Below, in pieces: positions 20,839-31,698 of a stretch of DNA of 64,000 nt. The position numbers and the translations under genes are program-made. This stretch comes from an uncultured Bdellovibrio sp. GTDB lineage: Bacteria; Bdellovibrionota; Bdellovibrionia; Bdellovibrionales; Bdellovibrionaceae. How positions within the stretch are numbered: position 1 is the stretch's first letter; the number at the start of each line of letters is the position of its first letter. Below the pieces are notes generated by a model that did not search any database, had not been told where the DNA came from, and saw only the letters and a program-made list of their open reading frames with translations. Location: contig CAWVRN010000001.1 in NCBI GenBank assembly GCA_963932905.1, forward strand, positions 320,001 through 384,000. Reading direction: 5' to 3'.

Positions 20839-22572
20839 CTACCTTCTCCATATACTCGCCGGCAATGCGATTCGGGTCGCATCGCCACGACCGTCAGTAA
20901 ATCCCCAATTTGCGGTTGCAAATATATTGGCCCCGGAAAAATCCAAAGCTCCTGATCCTTCACTTCGATAATCGAAGTATTGGTTATAAGATGATCCCAA
21001 CCTAATAACTTTCGAACCTAAAGTTGTCGCATCTTGAATTGCCACTAAAAGATTCTGATTCTTCGCCCAGGTATTTGAAAATGATTCAACATTATAGGTA
21101 TTCATAAACAAAAATCCTTTTTTAGAGCGATCATATATTTTTCCGAAATGCATTCCAATCGACCATGATCCGCCATCTAACTCTGGATAACTTATGGCTT
21201 TAACGCCACAGGTGTAAGCATTTGCATAGCTATTTGGTATTAATGTACACTTTGCTGCGGCTGAACTTGAAATATCAACAGCTTCAATCCAGTCATTTCG
21301 ATTATTTTGAGAAACAAACATTTCTTCTCCATTTAATCCCCATGCCCATCCCGAATGAGACGCATCAGAACCTATTCGAACTGGATCTGAAAAATCTTTC
21401 AAGAACGCCTTTGGTCCATCTACCAACGTATTTACATTCGCAGTTTCTCCATATTGGGGATCCGTTGGCACATACTCAAAATGAATAACAACTCTCAAAC
21501 CAGAGGGCGACATTTCCACCATATTAGGCCGACGAATATGATTTACTGGAGCTGTTGGTGAATTAATAACTACGCAGGGGGCCTTTGTGTACCCAGAACA
21601 TGAAGGCTGCATTGTTGATAAAACTCTATTTTGAATACGATCATAAACAAAAAAGGCGTAAGGTAACCAAGTTCCACCTGTCCCGGAGTCCATCACTTGC
21701 CAAGCCCAATAACGTGAGTCATTCGAAGAGTCCCCTTCCACGTCATTCATGATCAACGCGTTAGGATACGAATTAGCCGGGAATTCAGAAGAGAAATCAT
21801 GAATTAATGCTGGTGGCGACAAAGTCAATTTCTGAGGATCTAGATCCATATAATAAAAACTCATGTTAACATTTTCATTTTTAAGCGCGTATGAGTTACC
21901 TATAGAATGGCCAACAAAATAGAATCGGTACGGATGATCGCAAGTGTAATTCCAACGAATTTCATTCACCTCACCCACACTTCGACCAGTTGATGGATCA
22001 GATGTTTTGTTAAATTTTATCGGAGCAATCATCTTGTTATCTGATACTCTATATATCCAAGCACTAGTGCTATTATCACCATGCACTAAAACAAACTCGC
22101 CTGTTATATTAGATGGAGTATACCTTGAATAAACAATAGCTGACAAAGAGCTCTTTTTATTTCCATAGTCGCCAATTAATTCACTTTTATCTGCAAATCG
22201 AGTGATCTTAAAGCCAGTTATAGGATCTGTGACAATTAAGCCTTTTGCGGGATATACGCCTTTATTCGGAATTGGAATGATTGACTTGTCATTAACTAAA
22301 GTCATTGGATCAGTTGAACCATATGGACTATTAATTGGTGTTAATGGCGAACACCCCACTTCAGATGTGTTGCTACCATTTGGTGGTGAAGTGACAGGAT
22401 TAACAGCAGGTAATTCAGAGATAGGATCTCGTTGTAAAATTGAACTACTCTCACTTACAAAGTGACCAGAACAATTTTGAAAACTAACTAATAAAACAAA
22501 AAATAGAGCAAAAGTAATAATTTTAAAAAAACTTAAATAACTACCTAATGGTTTCAAATTTCCACCCCTCAA
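20839..22572 (-). CDS. lipoprotein (FQNC lipobox) with probable beta-propeller domain
   Basis: LVSFQNC lipobox typical of Bdellovibrio-like proteins; Pro-rich linker; DPITGFKITR start of a propeller-like domain. Confidence 0.75.
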   Translation of the reverse strand: MRGGNLKPLGSYLSFFKIITFALFFVLLVSFQNCSGHFVSESSSILQRDPISELPAVNPVTSPPNGSNTSEVGCSPLTPINSPYGSTDPMTLVNDKSIIPIPNKGVYPAKGLIVTDPITGFKITRFADKSELIGDYGNKKSSLSAIVYSRYTPSNITGEFVLVHGDNSTSAWIYRVSDNKMIAPIKFNKTSDPSTGRSVGEVNEIRWNYTCDHPYRFYFVGHSIGNSYALKNENVNMSFYYMDLDPQKLTLSPPALIHDFSSEFPANSYPNALIMNDVEGDSSNDSRYWAWQVMDSGTGGTWLPYAFFVYDRIQNRVLSTMQPSCSGYTKAPCVVINSPTAPVNHIRRPNMVEMSPSGLRVVIHFEYVPTDPQYGETANVNTLVDGPKAFLKDFSDPVRIGSDASHSGWAWGLNGEEMFVSQNNRNDWIEAVDISSSAAAKCTLIPNSYANAYTCGVKAISYPELDGGSWSIGMHFGKIYDRSKKGFLFMNTYNVESFSNTWAKNQNLLVAIQDATTLGSKVIRLGSSYNQYFDYRSEGSGALDFSGANIFATANWGFTDGRGDATRIALPASIWRR

Positions 22573-22789
22573 GACCTATACTATACTACAAGGGTAGGAT
22601 TTAGAAATAGGAAAGAAGTTCCCTAGTCAAAATGATACCCGCAAATTTTAAATACACCTATTTCAGATTGGTTCCTATTTAGAGGTCATAAATACTAGCC
22701 ATGTCCTTTTTGGACACACAAAAAATAGTTTACTTATACTTCTATTTCCTATTAGCTTGTAACAACGGCAAACATTTCCTGGATATTGA

Positions 22790-23584
22790 ATGATGTTAGA
22801 AAATAATTTTCGTAATTATCTTTTTCTTGAACTAAATAAAAGAAAGCAGAATAACTATAGATACTCTTTACGACAGTTTGCAAAATATTTGGGATTAGAG
22901 CCATCATTTCTATCTAAACTTTTGCGTGGAGACCGCAAGTGCACCTTAAATCAAATTGATAAACTTGGCAAAAAACTAGGACTTACCGTGCAAGAAATTG
23001 ATTTTTACAAAGTAAACTCAATTAAAAAAACAGAATATTTAGAAAGGAAAAACAAACGTAAACCTGCCAAGTTCTATAGAATTCCTTTCGACTCAGTGCC
23101 GTTAATTGCAGGCTGGCATTTTTTCGCGATCTTAGAATTATATAGCATGCCCGACGTGGAAATGACTAAAAATCAAATTAGTAGATTTTTTAATATTTCA
23201 GAATTAGAGGCGGAAAACGCTATTCTACATTTAGTCAAACTTGGTCTGCTTGAGGCTAACAATAAAAATAAATTTTATCTAAAAAATGCAAATACCACAA
23301 TTGACCAGCGTCCTTTTACCACAAAAGAACTCAGACAAATCCAAAAACAGTTTTTGCTCAAAAGTATAGACTCACTAGAACAGGATCCCATTGATATTCG
23401 CGATCACTCGGGAATTACACTTGCAATTTCTTCGTCAAAAATTTCTGAAGCTAAAAAACTTATTAAAAACTTTAGGAGACGTTTTATGTCTTTAATGCAA
23501 AATGTTGACCCCAAAGATAGAATATATCAGCTTTCCGTCTCCTTTTATCCTATCTCAAACTTTTTAAGTAGAGGCTCTAAATAG
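22790..23584 (+). CDS. TIGR02147/DUF4423 family HTH protein
   Basis: YSLRQFAKYLGLEPSFLSKLLRG HTH; W.FFAILEL; RDHSGITLAI; YQLSVSFYP. Confidence 0.85.
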   Translation: MMLENNFRNYLFLELNKRKQNNYRYSLRQFAKYLGLEPSFLSKLLRGDRKCTLNQIDKLGKKLGLTVQEIDFYKVNSIKKTEYLERKNKRKPAKFYRIPFDSVPLIAGWHFFAILELYSMPDVEMTKNQISRFFNISELEAENAILHLVKLGLLEANNKNKFYLKNANTTIDQRPFTTKELRQIQKQFLLKSIDSLEQDPIDIRDHSGITLAISSSKISEAKKLIKNFRRRFMSLMQNVDPKDRIYQLSVSFYPISNFLSRGSK

Positions 23585-24424
23585 ATGAAAACATTTTTTC
23601 TTTTTACCATTTTGATTGCTATTTCATTAAAAGCCGGACAAGAAACATGGGGTGGCGACTTTTCTTCGCTTAAGTTCGTAAAAGCTGGAAGAATTTTTGC
23701 CGTCGAAATTCAAAGTACTGCCGATTGTGGGTTGAAAAATATAATTTCGGCGAACAGGTTGCTTGCGACCATTGATAGCACCGAGGTAGAATCTAGTGAT
23801 TCAGAAATAAGTGATTCAAAAGGCCATATCTATTTCCACAAACTAAAATGGGAAGCCGTGACTCAAGAAATGAAGAACGAAGTGGTTCTTCAAAAGTACT
23901 TAGCTCAAGCCGATATCAAAATCTCAGAAAATAAAGCTATTGAATTGGCGAAAACTTGCCGCAAGTCACCCTATTGGTTAAGAAACTCTATTTTATCTCG
24001 TATTAATCGAGTAATTTCAGATGTTGAGCTAAAGGACGACATTCAACATATTTCGCAATTGCTTTTAACTGATTTGAAAAATAAGAAAGTAAAAAATCTT
24101 CCTCCAAAGTTCTCTATTAAGTCCCTCGAAGACGCTATAAACACTATCAAATTACCGAAAAAAAATAATCAGAATTTAATATTGGATTCGAAACCTGTTT
24201 CCTTTCGTTTCCAACATGGAATGCTTAAGGATGGAAAGAACACGAAAGGCCCATTTTATAGAGAAATTACCATCAATAAATCCGTTTGGGCTCATCAAAG
24301 TATAGGACAAAAAAAAGAGTTCCTGTTTCATGAGTATCTTGGACTTTTAAATTTCCGTGATTCCAATTATCAATATTCATCCGTTTTATTTTTTGATTTA
24401 GATGAGGATGACTATAAAAAATAG
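23585..24424 (+). CDS. secreted hypothetical protein
   Basis: Signal peptide followed by WGGD; abuts the upstream gene. Confidence 0.7.
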   Translation: MKTFFLFTILIAISLKAGQETWGGDFSSLKFVKAGRIFAVEIQSTADCGLKNIISANRLLATIDSTEVESSDSEISDSKGHIYFHKLKWEAVTQEMKNEVVLQKYLAQADIKISENKAIELAKTCRKSPYWLRNSILSRINRVISDVELKDDIQHISQLLLTDLKNKKVKNLPPKFSIKSLEDAINTIKLPKKNNQNLILDSKPVSFRFQHGMLKDGKNTKGPFYREITINKSVWAHQSIGQKKEFLFHEYLGLLNFRDSNYQYSSVLFFDLDEDDYKK

Positions 24425-25076
24425 ATCATTATTTTTAAGTATATTTCTATTAGTTTTAATTCAATTTTTGTTTTTATATTTATTCCATGAAAAAAAGATG
24501 GAAAATTGGATTAAAGTAGTTACAAATAATTCGGACCTGCCAATTGATCTCAAATCAGAAGTATTTAGAGCGCTCTTTATTTTGATTAAAGAAGATAGCA
24601 ATCTAAACGTCTCCAAAGAACTTTGCACCAATAGAAAAATGATTCAAAATTTGTTTCAGCTACAACGGATTCCTAAATCTTTATCCGCAATTCCTTATGT
24701 TGAGACAAAATATAGAAACTTAAGTGGAAAAGAAAATGCCGGAATTTGGAATTTTGATATCTATACTTCTCAGATGTATGGGTTGGCTGTGGACAATAGA
24801 ATAGATGAACGGTTGGATTTGAAAAAATCTTCCGAGGTTGCTGTTAAATATCTAAATACGCTTTATGAACTTTTCAAAAATTGGAATTTAGTTATCTTGG
24901 CTTACCGATATGGCGAGGGTCAAATACTTCAACTAGTGCGTAATTACCCGAATCTAGATGCGTGGGAAATCGAATCAAAAATCGGAATGGAAGATAGTTA
25001 TCTTGGACGGGTGCTTGCAGCGATCATTTTCCTTGAAAATATAGAATGTGAACGAGTTAAGGCGAGACCCCACTAG
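24402..25076 (+). CDS. lytic transglycosylase (SLT/MltD-like catalytic domain)
   Basis: IPYVET, AGIWNF, YGL.VD..IDERLD..KSS..A.KYL, W.L..LAY..GEG. Confidence 0.8.
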   Translation: MRMTIKNRSLFLSIFLLVLIQFLFLYLFHEKKMENWIKVVTNNSDLPIDLKSEVFRALFILIKEDSNLNVSKELCTNRKMIQNLFQLQRIPKSLSAIPYVETKYRNLSGKENAGIWNFDIYTSQMYGLAVDNRIDERLDLKKSSEVAVKYLNTLYELFKNWNLVILAYRYGEGQILQLVRNYPNLDAWEIESKIGMEDSYLGRVLAAIIFLENIECERVKARPH

Positions 25077-26835
25077 CTCCGATATCCCATGGGCTACTTC
25101 TTGTGATTCCTTGGATATCTGAAATAAAAGCAAAATTAGCATCTGCTGATAGATCGACACCGCGACCCTTAGCTGAAACATCCGTCAATCTCAATCGGTA
25201 GTCGTCAGAAGACGCATTCATAAAATGAACACTAGCACTAACAACGTCGTTTGTACTCGAAGAAGAAAAATAAGTGAAGACTGTATTAGCAAGATTATAA
25301 TCTCCTACGAATGAATCATAGTAGGAATAGGCGTTAGCAGTCGCCCCTTGAACGATATTATTTTTGGCAATAGCAGGTCCGTAAAAAATCACTCCTTCAT
25401 TGGCAGTCAAAATCGTATTGTTATAAAACACTGTCGTAGAATTTAAAACAAGAGTAGTACCGGGATTCGATGCATTATTAACCCCATAGAAGATGCTATT
25501 AGAAATAAAATTTCTAAAATTTATGTTTCCCCCACTATTGACATATATGGCATTGATTGCACCGCCTATAAAAGTAGAAACAGTCCGAGTAACTATGCAT
25601 GAATCGAAATAGAATGTTCCTGCTGCTGTACTAGCCGCAACCCGAACCACTTCAACTCCGGAATCGATTCCTTGAGAAATCTTAATACCTTCAACACGTA
25701 CATCTTCAGAATTAACATTTAGAGTCGGGTAATACGACGAAGTTGTATTACTCAGTTCATAACCTCCGCTTGCCCAAAAACCTTGATGCCGCTGACTTTG
25801 TCCAGCCTCAAATAAATTATTCGGAGCAAAAATTTTAATATAATGAGAATTGTTAGTAACCCAATTGGCTAGATCTACGTTAGTGTTATCAGTAGCGTCA
25901 GCGTAGCCAGCAAAATTGTAAATTAGGTTGCCTGCCACTAAATCCGTCCCCGTAGTTCGAGTGTCAAAGTTAGCAAGCGAAGCACAACTTAAATTACATG
26001 ACGCACCGGAAAGGATACCCGTATTCTCGGTTCCACTTTGAGCATCACTTAATGATGTATAGGCGCGATAAACCTTCCACGTCAGGCTAGGAGCAGTAGT
26101 TCCGATGGCGGATCCTCCATTGGAAGTTTGTAGATAGAACCTATTGCTATCTAATCGTACTGAAATAAACCCTATAGCGTCGTAAAGCCCGTCGTTATCT
26201 GAATCGTATTGAACAACATCACCAACACCGATGTTACTAGGCAAATTTTCTTGAAATGAAGCAATGGAGTTTTGAATAGAAATACTAGTTATTCCTCCAC
26301 TAGCCAACGCTGATATGTTCGATGGCCCAATAGATCTAAATACTGAGATAGGTCCATTATCATTATCCAATATTTTAATAGCGTGCGACGCTATACCTAG
26401 GACTTCATTCGTACTAGAGTTAAGTGTTAAGATAAGTTCTTCCCAAGGTTCTATATCGGAATCATCTACAATTTGAATTGATATCTGTGCTGCTAAATGT
26501 CCGGCAGGTATCACGATCGGGCTCGATAGGCTTGCTATTACATCCCCTGGAGTTCCGGCAGATCCCTTTGTAGAAAGATCAACACTTACATCGACGTCAC
26601 TAATTTGGGAAAGACTGACCTGCACAATGGTGGTGCCACTTGCTTCGTTTACGACCTGTGCAATGTTTGAAAAACTAACCGTAGGCTTTGAAGGAGTTGG
26701 AGTATTCGAACCTGGAGGAAGTTCCCTAGATGTTACATGGGTGGGATTAAGTCGCTCAATACGCGCATCTAAGAAACACCCGGACAATAGACTCAATAAC
26801 ACTATTTGAAGAATTATATACCCGTATCGAATCAT
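25057..26835 (-). CDS. surface lipoprotein with Calx-beta domain and C-terminal beta-helix (PbH1-like) region
   Basis: LLSGC lipobox; IVDDSDIEPWEELILTL (Calx-beta); NNTI/KNNIV repeats; D.RL...A.G.G...DI.G..R...WDIGA ending. Confidence 0.75.
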   Translation of the reverse strand: MIRYGYIILQIVLLSLLSGCFLDARIERLNPTHVTSRELPPGSNTPTPSKPTVSFSNIAQVVNEASGTTIVQVSLSQISDVDVSVDLSTKGSAGTPGDVIASLSSPIVIPAGHLAAQISIQIVDDSDIEPWEELILTLNSSTNEVLGIASHAIKILDNDNGPISVFRSIGPSNISALASGGITSISIQNSIASFQENLPSNIGVGDVVQYDSDNDGLYDAIGFISVRLDSNRFYLQTSNGGSAIGTTAPSLTWKVYRAYTSLSDAQSGTENTGILSGASCNLSCASLANFDTRTTGTDLVAGNLIYNFAGYADATDNTNVDLANWVTNNSHYIKIFAPNNLFEAGQSQRHQGFWASGGYELSNTTSSYYPTLNVNSEDVRVEGIKISQGIDSGVEVVRVAASTAAGTFYFDSCIVTRTVSTFIGGAINAIYVNSGGNINFRNFISNSIFYGVNNASNPGTTLVLNSTTVFYNNTILTANEGVIFYGPAIAKNNIVQGATANAYSYYDSFVGDYNLANTVFTYFSSSSTNDVVSASVHFMNASSDDYRLRLTDVSAKGRGVDLSADANFAFISDIQGITRSSPWDIGASGVSP

Positions 26836-27606
26836 CAATTTAATTTCGGAAGTTTTGTCAAAAAATAAATAGTTTCCCAATTTTTTATGTGTCCAAAACT
26901 ATTTTTGCAAAAAGTACACAGGCCTTTAGATTGCTCAATCAAAATTTTATAGATAAGTGCAACGAATAGGGCTCGATTCACTGCTGAAAGTAGAGAGATT
27001 CGATAGAGCCAAACCACATGTAGGGTTTAGAACCAAGAACTCCAAGATGACTTTAATTGCTTTTCGAGGAAATATTTTAGTGGATTCTATTTTACTTTCC
27101 ATAAATGACTTTCTCTAGCGCACTTGCTAGATGTTTAAATTAATACAAAATTACTTTTGATTTATTTTTTTTGATCTTTTGAAATCTACAGTGGTCAACA
27201 TTTGAGTAAATGTATGAGCCGAAATAGAACCCTTTTGATAAGCTTTTATCGTTTTGTCCTGAAGATCCAAGGCGGCATCTGTAAAGGTTACGCTAAAGAC
27301 TATCGCGACAGTACGTTAAGGGGAGTTTTGAATAGATCAGAAATTTTGTTTCCTTTAGCAGATGACCCGACATTTTTTTCAGATCCCAACGGAACTATTG
27401 AATGGCTAAATACACTACCAGACCCAGATAAATTGGAAGGATTTAGGTGGGGACTGAAACATCAGTTTTTTACTTCGAAAAAAAAATCAGCAAGACAATC
27501 GGCCTATTATTTCAGAAAATGACTTGTTGTAGCAAGAAATGGGACCTGGCACCCTGGCCAAAATTTTATTTTGTTTAGATTGGAACTCAATTTAGTATTT
27601 ATAAAT

Positions 27607-28281
27607 ATGATAATCGAATCGGATAAGAAAAAAGGCAATTTAATCGCGGTTGTTTTGTTGGTCATTGGTTTAATTTTTTTATTTCTGACCGCTAAAGTGG
27701 AAGAACCAGATAGAAATCAACGAGCTGCATTTTTCCTGGGCTTACTGTTGTCGTCGATCAGCGGCTTAGCGTTGATCAATCAAGACGAACGTAAAACAGA
27801 AATCCAATCTGATACGAAGCGAGTAATTTTTAAACGCAAAAGTTTTTTTACTGGCGAAGAAATTAGAGTTGTACCTTTTGATCAGATTCAAAAGGTGGGC
27901 GTAACCGGTGTTGGTCGCCGAGGCCCCGTAGATTCGCGATCCTATTTTATATATATCACCGTAAGGAACGGAAACACGATTCGGACCGGCTATTCCTCTT
28001 TTGATGAATACGGCACAAAAGAGTTAGCCGCCGAAATGGCGAATCTAATTGGATGTGAACATAGTCCAACTCCCATTGCTCCAATGGATAGTGAGCTTAT
28101 TGAAAACGCGATTTTCGCTGCGATTATCGCGGCGGTTACTTGGGCATTTTTCTATCGTTATAAGGTAGGTCCTTGGTGTGCGGCCATGTGGTTTGGAACG
28201 GGACCAGCGTTGTTCATGTTAACCGTTTTTTGGGCCGCCTACTACTTGCTACTACTTTTGCGCCGAAAGTATAAATATTAA
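27607..28281 (+). CDS. membrane protein with PH-like soluble domain
   Basis: Two N-terminal and two C-terminal hydrophobic segments. Confidence 0.7.
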   Translation: MIIESDKKKGNLIAVVLLVIGLIFLFLTAKVEEPDRNQRAAFFLGLLLSSISGLALINQDERKTEIQSDTKRVIFKRKSFFTGEEIRVVPFDQIQKVGVTGVGRRGPVDSRSYFIYITVRNGNTIRTGYSSFDEYGTKELAAEMANLIGCEHSPTPIAPMDSELIENAIFAAIIAAVTWAFFYRYKVGPWCAAMWFGTGPALFMLTVFWAAYYLLLLLRRKYKY

Positions 28282-28676
28282 TCGGAAACCGTCTTCATCC
28301 AAATCATAGTTTGCAGTGTATTTATTTTACGTCCCAGATCGCGAGGATAGGCAGTTCAAAGGCCGAATCGTTAAAGTCTAACATCTATGTTGGCCTTCAT
28401 TGTTGTTAAAGTTGTGTGATTGGAATGGGTCGTTGGCAAGGAATTTCACTAATTTTTGAAATTTGTGACGTACTTTTGATTTACCACGGTTGTTTTTGTT
28501 GGTCCACGGGCTGGATAAAGTGGCGGCGGTTTAGTGGCAAGGTCCATATGCTTAAGGATTTTTCGAATCACTTTGGGAGCTTCGATGGCGGCAATGATTT
28601 TCATGTTTCCAGAACATGATTGCCATTGTTGTTCTACCTGTACCTATGGACAAAAAAATGGACTCATGGACAAGGG

Positions 28677-28946
28677 TCACGTTACAGAATGTTTGGATTT
28701 TAGAGTTTGGTAGCACAAGTCGCATATAATCTGAAGTTCATGGAATTTTTCAAACTCCACAGTGAGGCCTTTCTCTTTAAGGTACATCACTTCACATTGC
28801 TCGCACCATGCCTGAAGATCATTTGGATCATCATTGTTTTCTATGAAACCAACAATCTTGTCTTGCGCCTGTACAAGATGGGAACAAACCGCGCAGCCTA
28901 ATCTTTTGCCATGTGTTCCACAAACAATAATCAATTTAGAATTCAT
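28677..28946 (-). CDS. small Cys/His-rich hypothetical protein (likely Zn-binding)
   Basis: RBS GAGGGG before ATG 28946; CGTHG, CAVCSH, CEQC, CDLC. Confidence 0.65.
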   Translation of the reverse strand: MNSKLIIVCGTHGKRLGCAVCSHLVQAQDKIVGFIENNDDPNDLQAWCEQCEVMYLKEKGLTVEFEKFHELQIICDLCYQTLKSKHSVT

Positions 28947-29172
28947 TACTATTGCCCCTCTCAATAGAAGTATCCCATGTTTTAGACTTAGTTCAACACT
29001 CCAATCTCCGAGAACCGGAGGCATTTTTATGACGCGTTTTGCGACCGACGTGGCTTGTTCTTTAAACTCTTTTTGAGTTAATATTATTGAACTGCAACAC
29101 GAGAACATTGGGTTATGATGCAGCACCCATTTATCAATAGGAAAAATAAATGTTAAATATTTGGAAGTTTTA

Positions 29173-29532
29173 ATGAAAATTTTAATTTGTTCTTTATTCT
29201 TAGCTCAAATTTCTTTTGCCCAGATGTCCATCGAAACTGTGAGTGAAGTTGGTGTAACTATTGAGGCAAGTCCAAATTCAACTTTTGTAATTAAAAAGGT
29301 ACAACCGGCTTCTCCAGCCTTCAATGCGGGTTTGAAGGAGAATGACCTGATTACTTCCGTGAAGAGAGATTCAAATTCGGAACCTATTCAGATTGCAGAA
29401 AAATCTTTAGAAGAAGTCGTAAATTTACTTAAGGGTCCAAAAGGATCTTTATTGGCACTTGAACTTCTGAGACATCCAGCTAAGGATTTGAAAAAAGTAA
29501 CTCTTGTTCGAAGTGATACTTTGAAGAAGTAA
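29173..29532 (+). CDS. secreted stand-alone PDZ domain protein
   Basis: Signal peptide; VGV.I...VIKKV.PASPA..AGLKEND.I..V...LKGPKGS. Confidence 0.85.
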   Translation: MKILICSLFLAQISFAQMSIETVSEVGVTIEASPNSTFVIKKVQPASPAFNAGLKENDLITSVKRDSNSEPIQIAEKSLEEVVNLLKGPKGSLLALELLRHPAKDLKKVTLVRSDTLKK

Positions 29533-29552
29533 TAAAATACGCCTTAGAACCA

Positions 29553-29850
29553 CTAGTTTGAATTTCAATTCCTCGAATAAAATGCTCTGCAAATCAGAGT
29601 TTTTTTAATGGTGATTTTAAAAATCTTTCTTGATATTTATGCTCGAACCCATGACCAAAACTCCTCGCATTTCTGACCCTTGTTCAGAAAACCCCAAGCC
29701 CTACCAGACGCCTACCAAAATCCTACCAAATTATGAAATATCCAGAAATTTCTAGAAATACTGAACCAAAAACACTGATTGGCTAACGCTTTATTTTGAT
29801 TTGAGATTTTTTATTTTTGAAAAAATGATTGTGATAAATGGCGGAGAGGG
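29553..29850. repeat. about 300-bp element end, copy 1 (homologous to 33178..33483)
   Basis: Long near-identical stretches, including CTAGTTTGAATTTCAA, three CCTACCA and the att core. Confidence 0.9.
29835..29850 (-). repeat. att core copy 1 (3' end of a tRNA-Ser)
   Basis: TAAATGGCGGAGAGGG; reverse complement contains CCCTCTCC-G-CCA (acceptor strand, G discriminator, CCA). Confidence 0.75.
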
Positions 29851-30385
29851 AAAATACTATTTCCCAAGTTTTTAACTCGTTGAAAGTCTTCATCATTTCT
29901 TACCCGCATAACTAATCTGTAGTAAGTTGTAGCAAGAAACTGTTTATTGGTGTGATGGCAAAGTCTGCGCGCCTGTTTCATAGCTATTGCTGAATGTTGT
30001 AAGCGCACTGATAACGACATACTCAGTCGGGTTGTCGTCCCTGGAGTTTGGACAACGCAAGTTGTTGAATACATCGAAAAATTTGAAACTGCGATCTGGT
30101 CAATAAAGCTACGGCGTCCCCAGCAAGTCCCACGGTAAATCCCTAGAATGTCCCCTGTGTTTCCCCGCGATTTCTGAGGCTCGGGCGGCACCCTTCCTGA
30201 CCGCTAGGTCACAACTCTGTTTTTCGCCTCATTTAAGGGGACCACCTATTTTCTAAAGGTCACTGTAGGGCTGCGCTCATTGCAAGGGGCGGCGTCTTCA
30301 ACGCTGTATTAAAAGGTTTATGGTTTTCTGAAGGGCTGGATGAAAAATAGCATTTGGTTTTGTCCAGTTTTGGCAGCAGGTTGTT

Positions 30386-30401
30386 TGGCAAAGTGATTGC
30401 A
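30386..30401 (+). promoter_or_regulatory. sigma54 (-24/-12) promoter of the protease gene
   Basis: TGGCAAAGTGATTGCA = GG-N10-GC, 13 nt upstream of ATG 30415. Confidence 0.7.
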
Positions 30402-30414
30402 TTATTAATTAGCG

Positions 30415-31335
30415 ATGATTGTTAAATTGAATAAGCTCTTTATTACTGCTTTTATTTCTTTGTGGTGTTTACCAATTTTTGGTAGTGAAACTCACTTTCC
30501 TCTTACAATGGTAAATGAGCTAAGCGCGGCTAAAAAACAAGGACTACAAAAGCTTCTCAATGTATCATTTGGGGCCGAATTTGATGGGTTCTCTTGCTCA
30601 GGAACATTTATAAATAATCAGGGTATGTTCTTAACCGCGGATCATTGTATTAAGTCCTGTTTTTTGGGTGAAAACGATGATCAATATACAGACTATAGAA
30701 GCTTTAATCGACGTGATCTAGGCCCGGCTCAGTGGTTAAACTTTCGCCGATTTTATCCTAACCGTGTACCAGAAAATATTACCTGTGAAACGGTTATTAA
30801 TGGTGAGACTAAAAAATCGAAACTTGTTGTCGCTAGTAATGGAAGGCTAAACCCTTATTTTCCAAAGCAACTTGAGGCACCTGATCTTATCGAAAAGTAT
30901 AAAGAATTTGTTGAATCAGGTGCAGGATGGCCTACTGGAGATTTCGCAATCTTGGAGCTCACAGATAAACCCAAAACCAATTGCCTGCAGCTGGGAAATC
31001 GCCTTCCAAGCAAAGGCGAAACAATTCAGTCTATTTCATTTCCCTTAATGAACTTGAACGAACGGATTCCATTTTATTCGTCTGGTGTTTTACTTGACGA
31101 GGAGAAGAGCGAACCTAACTCATTTGTTTCAACCGTTGATGCAGAGACAGGATCAAGTGGAGCAAGTCTAATTGGAGAAGATGGGAAAATTTTAGGTGTA
31201 GTAAGTATTGTCGTCGACATTCGCGACCCAGTGGCAAAAATAAAAAAAACTCTCAAAGTCACAAGTGTTCTTGGTATATTGAAATCGATCCGCGAAACAT
31301 TAGGATATGATATCATTTGCAAAACTGAACAATAA
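30415..31335 (+). CDS. secreted trypsin-like serine protease
   Basis: CSGTFI..LTADHC, GDFAILEL, GSSGAS catalytic triad motifs; signal peptide. Confidence 0.9.
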   Translation: MIVKLNKLFITAFISLWCLPIFGSETHFPLTMVNELSAAKKQGLQKLLNVSFGAEFDGFSCSGTFINNQGMFLTADHCIKSCFLGENDDQYTDYRSFNRRDLGPAQWLNFRRFYPNRVPENITCETVINGETKKSKLVVASNGRLNPYFPKQLEAPDLIEKYKEFVESGAGWPTGDFAILELTDKPKTNCLQLGNRLPSKGETIQSISFPLMNLNERIPFYSSGVLLDEEKSEPNSFVSTVDAETGSSGASLIGEDGKILGVVSIVVDIRDPVAKIKKTLKVTSVLGILKSIRETLGYDIICKTEQ

Positions 31336-31698
31336 CCCTTCTTCTGGGACCAAAAAGCGATCATAGTTTTACAAATCTTTGTGGACATTAAATTTTTTCG
31401 TCCCAGAATCAATTTTCCAAAAATTCTTAAAATTTTAGATGTCCATTAACGGGGACGCTTTTGAAAATCGAACAAGAATAGTTCAAGACGACCGAGTATT
31501 GCTAAAGTTACGCCATAGAAAAATCTGTGTAGCAAAAGTTGTAGTAATCTGTAGCAAGATTTTGAAATGAGCAGAAATACCCGGAAATATTCTGAACCCC
31601 GAGTCAAACCGGGGACGTCTTCAAACAAGTATTTTCAAACACTTGAATCATTTAAAAATTTTTGATTTTAATTTCAGGGACTTGATTTTTCGAGACAC

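Noticed and set aside
27202..27522. 106-aa ORF
   Set aside because: No RBS or motif; may be a gene fragment but cannot be supported.
29811..30191. 126-aa minus ORF, also 31446..31628 and 32030..32263
   Set aside because: They cross att and arm-repeat DNA, lack an RBS and have atypical composition.
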